A stretch of DNA of 64,000 nucleotides from Chitinivibrionales bacterium (lineage in GTDB: Bacteria > Fibrobacterota > Chitinivibrionia > Chitinivibrionales > WJKA01): positions 77,370 to 141,369 of the forward strand of contig JBBRUX010000002.1 in assembly GCA_038247415.1 (NCBI GenBank), read 5' to 3'. Shown one piece after another: positions 55,505-64,000 of this stretch (positions within the stretch are counted from its first letter, which is position 1; the number at the start of each line of letters is the position of its first letter). Under the pieces are notes generated by a model, which made no database searches, was not told where the DNA came from, and saw only the letters and a list, made by a program, of their open reading frames with translations. Made by a program: the position numbers and the translations under genes.

Positions 55505-56386
55505 ATGAACATGAAATCAATTAGAATAATTCCGCGACTAGATATAAAAGGGCCAAACCTTGTAAAGGGTATTCACCTTGAAGGATTGAGAGTTTTAGGT
55601 AAACCCTGGGATTTTGCTTATAAGTATTATCAAGAAGGTGCAGATGAATTACTCTATATTGATGCTGTAGCAAGTTTATATGGCCGCAACAATTTACTTG
55701 ACATTGTTAAAAAAACTTCAGAAAGTGCTTTTATACCGCTAACAGTTGGCGGGGGAATTAGGTCACTTGATGATATAAAGAATTTACTGAATGCTGGCGC
55801 CGACAAAGTAGCAATAAATACCGGAGCGATTGCTGACCCTGAGCTAATTACACAAGCAGCGCAGGTCTTTGGTTCACAATGCATAGTTGCATCCATACAA
55901 AGCAAGCATATTGCTGGTAAACAGATCGCTTTTACCGACAATGGACGAGAAATTACTTCTTACGAAGTAGTTGCATGGGCAAAACAATTGGTTGAACTCG
56001 GTGCGGGCGAAATTTTGCTAACCTCAATAGATTGTGAAGGCACTGGGCGGGGCTACGATTTAGAATTGCTTGAAGAAATTGCTGATACTGTCCCGATTCC
56101 GGTAATTGGCTGCGGGGGTTGCGGAAATCAGGAGCATTTTTTAGAAGCTATACAAAAGGGCAAAGTGGATGCTGTATCCGCTTCGTCTATATTCCACTAT
56201 AAATATTTAAGTGAAATTTTAGATTTTAATGATTACGAAGCAGAAGGCAATCTCGAATTTAAAAATCAAAATCGGGGCTCTCTTAATTTTATGGCATCGC
56301 GGCTAATGCCAACAGGAATACCGGATGTAAAAGGCTATCTGCAAAATCATGGTATAAAATGCCGTATGGATGGTGTGGTGGGTTAA
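55505..56386 (+). CDS. hisF: HisF-like cyclase paralog (glycan-associated ammonia channel, WbuZ-type)
   Basis: RIIPRLDIK, DAVASLYGRN, PLTVGGGIRS, GADKVAIN, LTSID.EG. Lies within the glycan locus. Confidence 0.85.
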   Translation: MNMKSIRIIPRLDIKGPNLVKGIHLEGLRVLGKPWDFAYKYYQEGADELLYIDAVASLYGRNNLLDIVKKTSESAFIPLTVGGGIRSLDDIKNLLNAGADKVAINTGAIADPELITQAAQVFGSQCIVASIQSKHIAGKQIAFTDNGREITSYEVVAWAKQLVELGAGEILLTSIDCEGTGRGYDLELLEEIADTVPIPVIGCGGCGNQEHFLEAIQKGKVDAVSASSIFHYKYLSEILDFNDYEAEGNLEFKNQNRGSLNFMASRLMPTGIPDVKGYLQNHGIKCRMDGVVG

Positions 56387-57031
56387 ATGCGATCTATTGT
56401 AATTGTCGATTATGGAATGGGTAATATATTTAGTATTCAAAAAGCGTTTAGCGCTATTGGAGAAACTGCAGTAATAAGTTCATGCGCCACAACCATAAAA
56501 AAAGCAGATTTTATTATTCTACCTGGCGTGGGCGCATTTGAAAGGGCAATGAAAGAATTAAAAACTAGGAATTTAATTGAGGCAATCTATTCTTTTGTTC
56601 AAAAACAACGACCACTCCTTGGGATTTGCCTAGGAATGCAACTGTTATTTACTGATAGCACCGAATTTGGTCATCATTTCGGGCTTGATTTGATCAAAGG
56701 CTCTGTAACCAAATTCAGGAAACCAGAGGAAGCAGGAAATCGATTTAAGATACCTCAAATTGGATGGAATAGTCTTTATCCACCTTCACAAAATAAAAGT
56801 CTATGGCAGGGAACCATTTTAAAATCTATTGAAGCAGGTAGCTCCTTTTATTTTGTTCATTCGTATGTGTGCAAACCAGAAAATAAAGAAAACATATTAT
56901 CTGAAACGATTTACGGAATAGATACATTTTGTTCGGCTACGTACAGTAATGCTATTTTGGGATGTCAATTCCACCCAGAAAAAAGTGGACCAAAGGGCTT
57001 ACAAATTTACCAAGATTTTTTATCAATCTAA
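56387..57031 (+). CDS. hisH: HisH-like glutamine amidotransferase paralog (WbuY-type)
   Basis: DYGMGN, LPGVGAF, GICLGMQ, YFVHSY, QFHPEKS. Confidence 0.88.
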   Translation: MRSIVIVDYGMGNIFSIQKAFSAIGETAVISSCATTIKKADFIILPGVGAFERAMKELKTRNLIEAIYSFVQKQRPLLGICLGMQLLFTDSTEFGHHFGLDLIKGSVTKFRKPEEAGNRFKIPQIGWNSLYPPSQNKSLWQGTILKSIEAGSSFYFVHSYVCKPENKENILSETIYGIDTFCSATYSNAILGCQFHPEKSGPKGLQIYQDFLSI

Positions 57032-57055
57032 TATTAATTAAGGAGCCTAGCATAA

Positions 57056-58267
57056 ATGCTTTTTGGAAAAATACTTGACAATCAATTGTCAAATCGACCC
57101 AAGACAATTCAATACTGCTCAAAATGTGTAGTTTCCAATCAGCGACCACGGATTACGTTTAATGCGCAAGGAGTTTGCAGTGCTTGTGAATATGCTGCAA
57201 CAAAGCATAAACTGATCCATTGGGATGAGCGGGAAAAAATGCTGGTTGATCTCCTAGATCGTTTTAGATCTAAGGATGGCAGTTACGATTGTGTAGTTCC
57301 AGGCAGTGGTGGGAAAGATAGTGCATTTACAGCTCATTTGCTCAAATATAAATATGACATGCACCCGTTAACTATTACTTGGGCGCCATTCATGTATACG
57401 GATATTGGTTGGAAAAACTATATAAATTTCAAAGATTGTGGATTCGATAATTTGTTGTTTTTTCCAAATGGTATTCTTCATCGCAAACTTGCACGCGCGG
57501 CATTTGAATTGCATGGCGATGCATGGGATCCTTTTGCATATGGACAAAAAAATTATGCATATCATATTGCCCTTAAGCATAATATCAAACTGATTTTTTA
57601 TGGTGAAAGTGGTGAAATTGAATATGGCGGATCAACAAAAAACTTGAATAAACCATTTGAATCGCCAGAAGATTTTAAAGAGTTGTATTATAAGGGATCA
57701 AGCATAGATGCATTAATAGATAAAGGTCTTGAGGCTGGCTTGTTTACAAAAAAGGATATTCTTAATAATCCGTTCGAAATGTATCGCACTCCACCACCCG
57801 ATCAGATGCAAAAACTTAATCCTGAAATGCATTGGCTTTCATTTTATAAAAAATGGGTTCCTCAAGAAAATTACTATTATGCTGTTGAACATACTGGTTT
57901 TCAGGCAAATCAGGAACGATCTGAAGGTACTTATTCAAAATATGCTAGTCTTGATGACAAAACAGATGGCTTTCATTTTTATCTTGCCTATATCAAATTT
58001 GGAATTGCGCGCGCGACATCGGATTCTGCGCATGAGGTACGAGATGGGCATTTGACACGCGAGGAAGCTATTGCATTAGTAAAACGATATGACGGCGAAT
58101 TCCCTAAAAAATATTATCAGGATTTCCTTGATTATTTGTCCATTACTGATGAACAATTTTGGGAAATAGTCAATATGTATCGTGAAACAGCGCCCCATCT
58201 ATGGAAAAAAGTAGATGGTGATTGGCGATTGACGCATACAGTATGGGGTGGTGGCATTGATGATTGA
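57056..58267 (+). CDS. N-acetyl sugar amidotransferase (WbuX/WbpG/PseA/PtmG family)
   Basis: C..C....RPRI.F...G.C.AC, PP-loop SGGKDS, SLDDK.D.FH, KFG..RA. Confidence 0.92.
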   Translation: MLFGKILDNQLSNRPKTIQYCSKCVVSNQRPRITFNAQGVCSACEYAATKHKLIHWDEREKMLVDLLDRFRSKDGSYDCVVPGSGGKDSAFTAHLLKYKYDMHPLTITWAPFMYTDIGWKNYINFKDCGFDNLLFFPNGILHRKLARAAFELHGDAWDPFAYGQKNYAYHIALKHNIKLIFYGESGEIEYGGSTKNLNKPFESPEDFKELYYKGSSIDALIDKGLEAGLFTKKDILNNPFEMYRTPPPDQMQKLNPEMHWLSFYKKWVPQENYYYAVEHTGFQANQERSEGTYSKYASLDDKTDGFHFYLAYIKFGIARATSDSAHEVRDGHLTREEAIALVKRYDGEFPKKYYQDFLDYLSITDEQFWEIVNMYRETAPHLWKKVDGDWRLTHTVWGGGIDD

Positions 58268-58345
58268 AATTTGTTATTTGAAGCTTTTTGAACTAAAAAA
58301 TACAAATCTTTATCTAAAGATTGTTGAAATGGAAATACGTTTAGC

Positions 58346-59434
58346 ATGAGCAATATTCTCCCTAAAAAAGATAATGTTTTTGTTACGGCATCGATAACGT
58401 GTCTTCATGCAATGAAGCAAATTGATGGCACTGGGAATAAAACACTTGTAGTGATTGACGAAAAAAAAAGATTGCTAGGAACTTTAACTGATGGTGATAT
58501 TCGCAGGTTTATATTAAAAGGCAATAAGCTTACTACATCAATATCTGAAATCTACAATAAGAATTCAATCTTTCTTAAAAAGTGCGATAATTTGCTTGTC
58601 CATGCACAAGAAATGATGATTAAAAATGTGATCACCCTCTTGCCAGTGGTAGACGAAGATTTAGTTGTAGTAGAATGTATTGATTGGTATCAGGTAATAT
58701 TGAATCCTGATGTGGTTATTCCATTGGCCTCAGTAATTGATGTACCGGTAATAATAATGGCAGGTGGAAAAGGAACTAGACTTGAACCATTTACAAAAAT
58801 ATTACCCAAACCCCTTGTCCCAATAGGGGATACCACAATTGTTGAAACAATTATTAAAGAGTTTAAAAAATATGGGATGCATGCATTTTTTATGACTCTT
58901 AATTACCGGGGTGAAATGATAGAGGCTTATTTTAGCAGTGTTGAAAAAAATTATGAATTAAATTTTTTATGGGAAAAAGAATATTTAGGAACTGCAGGCA
59001 GTCTCAAGTTAATTGAAAACCAATCATTTAATACCTTTATTGTTTCTAATTGCGATGTTGTGGTTAAAGCAGATTATAGAGAAGTACTGGAATTTCATAA
59101 GCAAAGCAATGCATCTTTAACAATGATTTCTTCGTATTTGAATCATACTATTCCATATGGTGTTGTTGAATTTAAGCAAGGTGGAGAGGTAACCACTATT
59201 AAAGAAAAACCTGAGATTAATTTTACGATCAATACAGGTATATATATTCTTGAACGTGAATGCTTGCAATATATTCCCGAAAATACAGTAGTCGATATGC
59301 CAACATTAATTGATAGTCTCATGAAAAATGGGAAAAAAGTTTACACCTATCCTGTCAACGAAAGTGATTATATAGACATCGGCCAATGGGAAGAATATAA
59401 AAAAGCAGTAGATAAACTGAGCATTTTAAAATAA
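58346..59434 (+). CDS. CBS-domain nucleotidyltransferase (PtmE/LegX type)
   Basis: CBS pair (GTLTDGDIRR), MAGGKGTRL.PFT..LPKPL, LGTAG.L, DIG. Confidence 0.9.
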   Translation: MSNILPKKDNVFVTASITCLHAMKQIDGTGNKTLVVIDEKKRLLGTLTDGDIRRFILKGNKLTTSISEIYNKNSIFLKKCDNLLVHAQEMMIKNVITLLPVVDEDLVVVECIDWYQVILNPDVVIPLASVIDVPVIIMAGGKGTRLEPFTKILPKPLVPIGDTTIVETIIKEFKKYGMHAFFMTLNYRGEMIEAYFSSVEKNYELNFLWEKEYLGTAGSLKLIENQSFNTFIVSNCDVVVKADYREVLEFHKQSNASLTMISSYLNHTIPYGVVEFKQGGEVTTIKEKPEINFTINTGIYILERECLQYIPENTVVDMPTLIDSLMKNGKKVYTYPVNESDYIDIGQWEEYKKAVDKLSILK

Positions 59435-59470
59435 TCGTAATAAGCATCAAACAAAAGAAAGCTGGAAAAA

Positions 59471-61258
59471 ATGGTCATTCTTGGAATTAATGAAGATCAT
59501 AATGCAGCAGCAGCAATTTTTAAAGATGGAAAAATAGCAGCATGTGTATCTGAAGAAAGATATTCTCGAATAAAAAATGATACTGAATATCCATATTGCT
59601 CAATTGAAAGTGCAATTACTTTGGCGGGTATCAATCCTAATGAAATTGATGCCGTTGTAATTGCTGGCGTGGAATCTGATCCATTGCAAATGCGAATGAA
59701 GCGAATAACATCATATTCAATAGCAGATTATGTTCGTGAAATGAATGAGTATTGGTATAAGGTGCTTATCAAGCATGAAACGTCTGATTTTATGAAAATA
59801 ATTGCCAAGGAAAAGATCGGTAAACCGGTCGGCAAAAACTATTATGATTATTCCTTTATGGATTCAATACCTGAAAGTGGGTGGCCAGATCATTTTAAAA
59901 AGGCAAGAATAAAGACCATTGTTGGGCAATTAGGAATTGAAGAATCAAAAATTCATTTCATAGACCATCATACGGCACATGCAGCATATGGATATTTCGC
60001 AATGCCTCATGATGCATCGAAAAGAGCAGTTGTAGTAACTGCTGACGGATGGGGAGATGGATGCAATGCAACGATAAGTATTGCTGAAAACAATACATTA
60101 ACAGAGATTCATAGAACTACAATGTGCAATGTGGCAAGAATATACCGCTGGTCAACACTTCTCCTTGGTATGAAGCCAAACGAACATGAGTACAAGGTAA
60201 TGGGACTTGCTCCGTATGCTAAAAGTTATGTAGCATCGCCAGCATATTCAATTTACAAAGAAACATTAATTGTGGATGGTATCGATTTTAAATGGAAAAT
60301 AAAACCTACTGATATGTATTTCTGGTTCAAAGAACGCTTTGAAGGGGTACGTTTTGATGGAATCGCAGGAGGTTTACAACAATGGCTAGAGGAATTGCTT
60401 ATTGAGTGGTTTAATAATATCTTAAAACATACCAATACTGATGAAATCTATTTTAGCGGTGGCTTATCTATGAATGTTAAAGCCAACAAAGCGCTTGTAG
60501 AAATTCCTGGCCTTAAAAAGCTCTATATTGCTCCCAGTGGTGGAGATGAATCATTGGCCATGGGGGCAGCTTTTGCATATGCTAAACAAAACAATCAAGT
60601 GATCCAACCATTGACAAATGCTTATCTAGGGGATGAGCCTGCTTTGCATGAAGCTAAAAAAGAAGTTGACGCCCTAAAAAATTCTGCAGAATTTGAGATA
60701 TTAGAAAATCCAACTAGTTCTGAACTCGCGAGATTGTTAGCCGACGGAAAAGTTTTAGGGCGATGTATTGGAAAAATGGAATTTGGAGCCCGCTCTTTGG
60801 GAAATAGGGCAATACTTTGCGATCCGTCAACATATGATAATATTAGAGTAATTAACGAAAAGATTAAATTTAGGGATTTTTGGATGCCGTTTACTCCATC
60901 CATTTTAGATATTTGTGAAGATGTGTATCTTATCAATCCTAAGGGCCTTTTTGCTCCTTATATGACATTAGCGTTTGATACTACCGAATTGGCAAGAAAA
61001 CATCTGCCTGCAGCTATTCATCCCTATGATTTTACAGCAAGGCCTCAAATTGTAACCGAACAAATGAATCCGGAATATTATCAATTAATAAAAGCATTCA
61101 AAGAAATTACAGGGATTGGTGCGTTACTTAACACATCGCTAAATTTACATGGGGAGCCAATTGTAAGAACAATAGCTGATGCGATTGATACTCTAAAGCG
61201 CTCTGGGCTTGATGGAATGATTTTGCCAGGGTATGCAATTCTTAAAAAACATAAGTAA
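59471..61258 (+). CDS. Carbamoyltransferase (NodU/CmcH family)
   Basis: H..AAA, EERYSRIK, HH.AHA, DGWGD, EYKVMGLAPY, EFGARSLGNR, NTSLN.HGEP. Confidence 0.93.
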   Translation: MVILGINEDHNAAAAIFKDGKIAACVSEERYSRIKNDTEYPYCSIESAITLAGINPNEIDAVVIAGVESDPLQMRMKRITSYSIADYVREMNEYWYKVLIKHETSDFMKIIAKEKIGKPVGKNYYDYSFMDSIPESGWPDHFKKARIKTIVGQLGIEESKIHFIDHHTAHAAYGYFAMPHDASKRAVVVTADGWGDGCNATISIAENNTLTEIHRTTMCNVARIYRWSTLLLGMKPNEHEYKVMGLAPYAKSYVASPAYSIYKETLIVDGIDFKWKIKPTDMYFWFKERFEGVRFDGIAGGLQQWLEELLIEWFNNILKHTNTDEIYFSGGLSMNVKANKALVEIPGLKKLYIAPSGGDESLAMGAAFAYAKQNNQVIQPLTNAYLGDEPALHEAKKEVDALKNSAEFEILENPTSSELARLLADGKVLGRCIGKMEFGARSLGNRAILCDPSTYDNIRVINEKIKFRDFWMPFTPSILDICEDVYLINPKGLFAPYMTLAFDTTELARKHLPAAIHPYDFTARPQIVTEQMNPEYYQLIKAFKEITGIGALLNTSLNLHGEPIVRTIADAIDTLKRSGLDGMILPGYAILKKHK

Positions 61259-61286
61259 TTTTTGAAGGTCTAAAACAAAATATTGT

Positions 61287-61889
61287 ATGAATCAAAGAAT
61301 TTTTGATTATTGGCTGCACAATGCAGAAAGCAAGAGCCAGAGCGAGGCAATTATACATTGGCAAACTGGCGATTCACCCATTAGATTTACTTATGGAGAA
61401 TTGCTTTCAATGGCAGCAGAATTTGCTTATGTATTAAAATTAAATAATGTTAAGCAGGGCGATGTTTGCGCTACAATAATTCGGCATAACCCTCTGTTTT
61501 ATTCATTGTATCTTGGAATATGTTTGGCTGGTGGAATTCCAGCTGTTTTGGCTTATCCCAATGATCGGCTTCATCCAGAAAAATTCCGACAAGGCCTTTT
61601 AGGAATGGCTAGGCAATTTGGTTTAGATTGGATTTTAACAGAAGAAGATTTGGCCTCACCTATTCAAGAAATAATTCAGGCTGCCAAGGGATCTATCAAG
61701 GGATTATTGTTTCCTCTTACCTTAACAAATAATGAAAAACCAAAAGAATCCATACAAAAATTAAAATCGAGCTTAATAAATATATTACCAACTGCACCAG
61801 CATTATTGCAGCATTCTTCAGGAACAACCGGACTACAAAAGGCTGTCCAATTATCGCATAATGCAATCATTAATCACATAAATAATTAG
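61287..61889 (+). pseudogene. Truncated AMP-binding (acyl-CoA/acyl-AMP ligase) gene
   Basis: Ends just after the A3 motif QHSSGTTGLQKAV. The last base of the TAG stop (61889) is the first base of the ISL3 left IR. Confidence 0.85.
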
Positions 61890-62905
61890 GTGCATCAGGA
61901 AATAGAGTGGGTATCATAGAGAAGCTACTATTTTAGAGAATATGAAAGACACACAATTATACGCACAAATACTTGGGATAGTTTCTCCTTGGTCTGTGGA
62001 TTCAGTTGATTTAGACATTAAGGGAGAAAAAGTAACGGTACAAGTTTCTTTTAACGAAGGACATCACTTCACGTGCCCTCTATGTTCAAAAGAATCTAGC
62101 CGCTACGATAAGGTTCGTCGGCAGTGGAGACATCTTGATACCTGTCAACTGCAAACTACGATTGAAGCCGATGTTCCTCGTGTGGACTGCCAAGAACATG
62201 GCGTGCATCAAGTATTGGTACCTTGGTCAAAGTCGGGAAGTCGAAATACCATGCTCTTTGAGTGCCTTGTTCTGCGATGGTTACAAGAAACAACCATTTC
62301 CGCGGTGTCACAACAAAGGAATTTAGATTGGGATACTGTGCACGATATACAGCGTCGAGCTGTTGAACGAGGGTTAGAGCGACGCAAAGCGCTAACCCCA
62401 ACGAATATCACCATTGATGAAACTAGTGAGAAAAAAGGTCATAACTATTTGACGGTAGTCAGTGAAGGATCACGTGTTTTGTATATTGCAGAAGATCGTG
62501 AACTTGCATCAATCGATGGTTTTTGGAAAACACTTTCAACGCAAGCTCTCGAGGGAATTCGGAGTGTAAGTGTTGATCTTTGGAAAGCTTATACATCGAG
62601 TACTCTTGCCCAGGAGCAGCAGTTCGAGGATGGACGCGGCTTATTGGGTGGATGAAACGAAGCCGTTTAAAGCCAATGATTGAGCTTGCCCAATCAATTG
62701 AAAAACATTTGTGGATGATAATAAATGCCATTCGGTTAAAAGCAAGTAGCGGTTGCGCAGAAGGTAACAATTCTAGAATTCAGAAAATCAAAAAGATGGC
62801 ATGTGGGTTCAGAAATACGACAAATTTCAAATATGCAATTTACTTTCACTTTGGTCAGCTTGACTTGATGCCGAGGTATTTACCCACATGATTTCCCGAA
62901 GCACC
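61889..62905 (+). mobile_element. ISL3-family insertion sequence, internally deleted
   Basis: IRL GGTGCATCAGGAAATAGAGTGGGTA (61889-61913) matches the reverse complement of 62881-62905 at 20/25. No target duplication. Confidence 0.9.
61942..62891 (+). pseudogene. ISL3 transposase pseudogene (two out-of-frame fragments)
   Basis: N-terminal part: CP.C, WRHLD, VPRV.C.EHGV.QV.VPW, IDE, VDLW. C-terminal part in another frame: AEGNNSRIQKIK..ACGFRN...F..AIYFH. Confidence 0.88.
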
Positions 62906-63093
62906 TATTCTTTCACAGCTTCTGCGCAACTTCATAACCTTGACCCATTTGAGTATTTCAAAGATCTGCTCATTAGGATTCCTGATTATCCGCACACAAA
63001 GCTTGCAGAACTACTGCCTACCTACTGGCGCAAACTATCTTAAAATGAATTCCGCTGGCACCGGTGTAAAGACGGGATTCACCGGATGCTTTC
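62906..63093 (+). mobile_element. IS66-family remnant (transposase C-terminus and right IR)
   Basis: 62906-63043 translates YSFTASAQLHNLDPFEYFKDLLIRIPDYPHTKLAELLPTYW, the IS66 C-terminal pattern. IR-like GGATTCACCGGATGCTTTC ends at 63093. Confidence 0.8.
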
Positions 63094-63253
63094 CTTTTTT
63101 ATGAAGATATAAAGAGAGCGTTTCTTTCCTAGCAGCAGAGACATGACACACCACAAGATAGATGATCGAGTTTGTTTTTTTTGTCGCCTATACCTATAGG
63201 GATTCAAAAATACCAGACGATTTCAAAAGAAGAAAGAGTGCGTGAAGTGACAT

Positions 63254-63290
63254 AAAAAAAGAGACTGTCTTTTGACAGCCTCTTTTTTTT
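63254..63290 (-). terminator. Bidirectional-type intrinsic terminator
   Basis: AAAAAAAGAGACTGTC-TTTT-GACAGCCTCTTTTTTTT, downstream of the lipoprotein gene. Confidence 0.8.
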
Positions 63291-63308
63291 GTACTGGGAT
63301 TGATCACA

Positions 63309-63725
63309 TTAAAAAGTGCCTTTTGTTTCGACATATCTCCCAGCCGCTTCTGATTGAGGGCGGAGTTCCCAACGTGTTATATACCCTGCATCAAGTGTGA
63401 TGTTTGTAGAATTGCTCCAGGTATTGAGTCCGTTCGAAGATTTAATTCTTACCAGATAAGTTCCTGGACGAATATCGATATAGGTTGTGCTGTCACCTGC
63501 GGCGACGGAATCGGTGGCAGTCCAGTTGATAATGGTGTCTGTCGGCGTTACAGACCGATTATACATGATAAAACCGCCAGTGCGAGCTCCAACGGTTGCA
63601 TTACTTTTATTGACAACCGTGAATTTTGCAGTTGTGGCACTGGTGCTCGTTGGAGATTCAAAACATCCGACGAGGGAAAAACTGACGGCGAAAGTCGCAA
63701 CAGTCAAGCCAAGAAACTTTTTCAT
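63309..63725 (-). CDS. Hypothetical lipoprotein
   Basis: AAGGAG RBS before ATG 63725. Signal II with lipobox LVGC; beta-rich body. Confidence 0.8.
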   Translation of the reverse strand: MKKFLGLTVATFAVSFSLVGCFESPTSTSATTAKFTVVNKSNATVGARTGGFIMYNRSVTPTDTIINWTATDSVAAGDSTTYIDIRPGTYLVRIKSSNGLNTWSNSTNITLDAGYITRWELRPQSEAAGRYVETKGTF

Positions 63726-64000
63726 AGACAACTCCTTAAGTAAATGATGAGGTGTAATGGTAAACAACGATAGTTAAAGATAAATCAATTATGTCAAAAA
63801 AGCAAGTTTTATTGTCTCGCGACAAATTCGCATCAGTGAAATGTTAAGCTGTATGGCAACTGAGGTGGTAGACTTTTTTTGACAATTTTATTTATCATTT
63901 TTAAGTGGTCTTTGTTGTTTAAAGTTTTGCATTAAAATCTTTCAGTGCATTACCGGGGGTCAGTGCTCGAACCCGCCGTTCATCTCATAGTCAACTATGC

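Noticed and set aside
55505..57031. Histidine biosynthesis operon
   Set aside because: No other his genes are present; adjacency to an N-acetyl sugar amidotransferase marks these as glycan-tailoring paralogs.
63955..63980. tRNA T-arm-like GGTTCGA on the minus strand
   Set aside because: No complementary T-stem or acceptor stem can be formed.

Overview
Bacterial chromosomal window spanning the replication origin. The DnaA domain IV signature and T9SS-like C-terminal domains suggest an FCB-group organism, possibly Fibrobacterota; this is inference only. (1) 0-5 kb: a PhnP-like MBL hydrolase, pyrE and a NusG paralog, facing a secreted PA14 protein. (2) 5-18 kb: the origin cluster bactofilin-M23-parB-parA-rsmG-mnmG-mnmE-yidC-yidD-rnpA-rpmH / dnaA-oriC-dnaN, with three perfect parS sites and TTATCAACA-type DnaA boxes. 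(3) 18-45 kb: mixed genes, including a GIY-YIG protein with a degenerate exonuclease domain, radA, a DEAD-box helicase, an S8 protease, a Ser/Thr kinase, Nif3, Rrf2, a hairpin-dense GC-rich non-coding block, etfB plus ferredoxin-fused etfA, an ABC pair, a UvrD lacking subdomain 2B, a coupled lptF-lptG fusion/REC/GAF-GGDEF operon, guaB and PilZ. (4) 45.7-61.9 kb: a surface-glycan locus with wbpB/wbpD, a legionaminic-acid-type pathway, amidotransferase and carbamoyltransferase genes, but no aminotransferase. It is cut off by a decayed ISL3 element abutting an IS66 remnant. No rRNA, tRNA or CRISPR array was seen.
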